Source: Eledone cirrhosa (lineage: Eukaryota). Taken from it: 64,000 nt of DNA. Within the stretch, counting starts at the first letter, position 1; each line of letters opens with the position of its first letter. A program made the position numbers and the translations under genes. The stretch is taken from positions 90,396,001-90,460,000 of the forward strand of contig OZ024746.1 in the NCBI GenBank assembly GCA_964016885.1, read 5' to 3'. Below, one piece after another: positions 61,843-64,000 of the stretch. The notes under the pieces are model-generated. The model was not told where the DNA came from. It searched no databases and worked only from the letters and a program-made list of their open reading frames with translations.

Positions 61843-63101
61843 CCCTTTAACATGTACGTTACTCTATATATATACTACTGTATTTTCATGGTAAAGGCTT
61901 TACCACACATAATATCTCACATAACATTTACATTACTCTATATATACTACTGTATTTTCATGGTAAAGGCTTTACCACACATAATATCTCACATAACATT
62001 TACATTACTCTATATATACTACTGTATTTTCATGGTAAAGGCTTTACCTCACATAATATCTCACATAACATTTACATTACTCTATATATACTATTGTATT
62101 TTCACAGTAAAGGCTTTACCTCACATAATATCTCACATAACATTTACATTACTCTATATATACTATTGTATTTTCACAGTAAAGGCTTTACCTCACATAA
62201 TATCTCACATAACATTTACATTACTCTATATTTACTATTGTATTTTCACAGTAAAGGCTTTACCTCACATAATATCTCACATAACATTTACATTACTCTA
62301 TATATACTATTGTATTTTCACAGTAAAGGCTTTACCTCACATAATATCTCACATAACATTTACATTACTCTATATATACTATTGTATTTTCACAGTAAAG
62401 GCTTTACCTCACAATATCTCACATAACATTTACATTACTCTATATATACTATTGTATTTTCACAGTAAAGGCTTTACCTCACATAATATCTCACATAACA
62501 TTTACATTACTCTATATATACTATTGTATTTTCACAGTAAAGGCTTTACCTCACATAATATCTCACATAACATTTACATTACTCTATATATACTATTGTA
62601 TTTTCACAGTAAAGGCTTTACCTCACATAATATCTCACATAACATTTACATTACTCTATATATACTATTGTATTTTCACAGTAAAGGCTTTACCTCACAT
62701 AATATCTCACATAACATTTACATTACTCTATATATACTATTGTATTTTCACAGTAAAGGCTTTACCTCACATAATATCTCACATAACATTTACATTACTA
62801 TATATATACTATTGTATTTTCACAGTAAAGGCTTTACCTCACATAACATTTACATTACTATATATATACTATTGTATTTTCACAGTAATATCTCAATAAT
62901 ATTTACATTACTCTATATATATACTATTGCATTTTCATGATAAAGTCTTTATCTCACATAATTTTGAATCTATGAGATTTTGATATTATTTATTTTGAGA
63001 ACAATACCTTAACATCAGTATGAGTGGCTAGTTATGGCCAGTGTGAACAGAAAGAGGTGAGAGAATTCTGGCTGGATACAGCCGGTTTAAATGCAAAAGG
63101 G
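61843..63101. mobile_element. piggyBac-type MITE expanded by an internal 72-bp tandem array
   Basis: TTAA|CCCTTTAACAT ... TTTAAATGCAAAAGGG; same family as 48736-48944 and 63374-63556. Confidence 0.8.
61855..62960. repeat. 72-bp minisatellite, ~15 copies
   Basis: Unit TTACTCTATATATACTATTGTATTTTCACAGTAAAGGCTTTACCTCACATAATATCTCACATAACATTTACA. Confidence 0.97.
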
Positions 63102-63373
63102 TAAAGGTTTGTTGCAGTTTGTTAGACATTTGTGACAATCTCACGAAGATTAAAGAGAAATTATCAATATTTTCGTTATTTGGTTATTCAACAGGTTTTT
63201 ACATTCCCATGAGATAATAAATTGAGGTTAATTTAGAAACCTATCTAATGTTATAAAGGTTATCAAAAGAACAATTCACAGAAATTCCATACTCTGTAGG
63301 ATATAGATATAGACCTGAGACATAGTCTGTTTTCTTATGACAAAGAGTACAGTGCACGCATTAATATTATTAA

Positions 63374-63556
63374 CCCTTTAGTATTTACATTACTCTATAT
63401 ATACTATTGTATATAATATCGGATCTATGAGATTTTGATATTATTTATTTTGAGAAGAATACCTTAACATCAGTATGAGTGGCCGATTACAGCCAATTTG
63501 AACAGAAAGAGGTGAGATATTTCTGGCTGGATATGGCTGGTTTAAATGCTAAAGGG
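63374..63556. mobile_element. piggyBac-type MITE; further partial copies follow, including one at 63935-64000
   Basis: TTAA|CCCTTTAGTATTTA ... TAAATGCTAAAGGG|TTAA. Confidence 0.85.
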
Positions 63557-64000
63557 TTAACCCTTTTCTTACTATATTTCTATTTCTATGGTAAAGGCTT
63601 TACCTTGCATAATTATCTCACAAGATATCAGATCTACAAGGTTTGGAAGGAACAATCAGTTCTATCAGTATTTGGTAATTATTTTATTGACTCTGAAAAG
63701 CTGAATGTCATCAGTAATGCTACAGAAAAGCCACTTTACAATGTCCATCTCATCATTGTCTCTTCCACTTACCTTCCATATCTTTTTTACTTTTCTTACT
63801 AACACTCATTCTCTCTCATACCACTACAATATCTTACATCCACTCCTTTTCTTCTCCGTTTCTCCTTCAATTTTTGTCTTTCCTTCCTTTCTCTTCCACT
63901 CTCTATATATCTCTTATTCTTTTGGTACCCTTAACCCTTTAGCATTTAAACTGGTCATATCCGGCCAGAATTCTCTCATCTTTTTCTGTTCAAACCGGCC

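Noticed and set aside
61852-62940. 362-aa ORF
   Set aside because: Translation of a 72-bp tandem repeat inside a MITE; it shifts register mid-array.

Overview
AT-rich, repeat-dense eukaryotic DNA. The mix of RTE, Dong/R4, Tx1 and Penelope-like retroelements, tRNA-derived SINEs and (TA)n tracts suggests an octopus or other cephalopod (inference). There are two host genes, both on the minus strand. One is a single-exon CDS for a small signal peptide-Ig-TM protein (9560-10048). The other is a complete 3-exon gene I assembled by hand (57300-57234, 48658-48095, 45883-45309) encoding a 401-aa secreted protein made only of two VWA domains, with TATA/Inr and a polyA signal. A 13.4-kb array of a 19-bp satellite with nested higher-order duplications lies between them. 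The most interesting unannotated signals are: seven hammerhead-ribozyme motifs, most tied to Penelope-like GIY-YIG fragments and their inverted pseudo-LTRs; an RTE LINE family with a C4HC3 PHD-type finger inserted inside its RT region; three 230-300 bp foldback palindromes; a 72-bp minisatellite born inside a piggyBac-type MITE; and an internally deleted mariner with ~100-bp TIRs built from its own 3' end. All calls come from reading the sequence by eye and no searches were run; TE boundaries are approximate.
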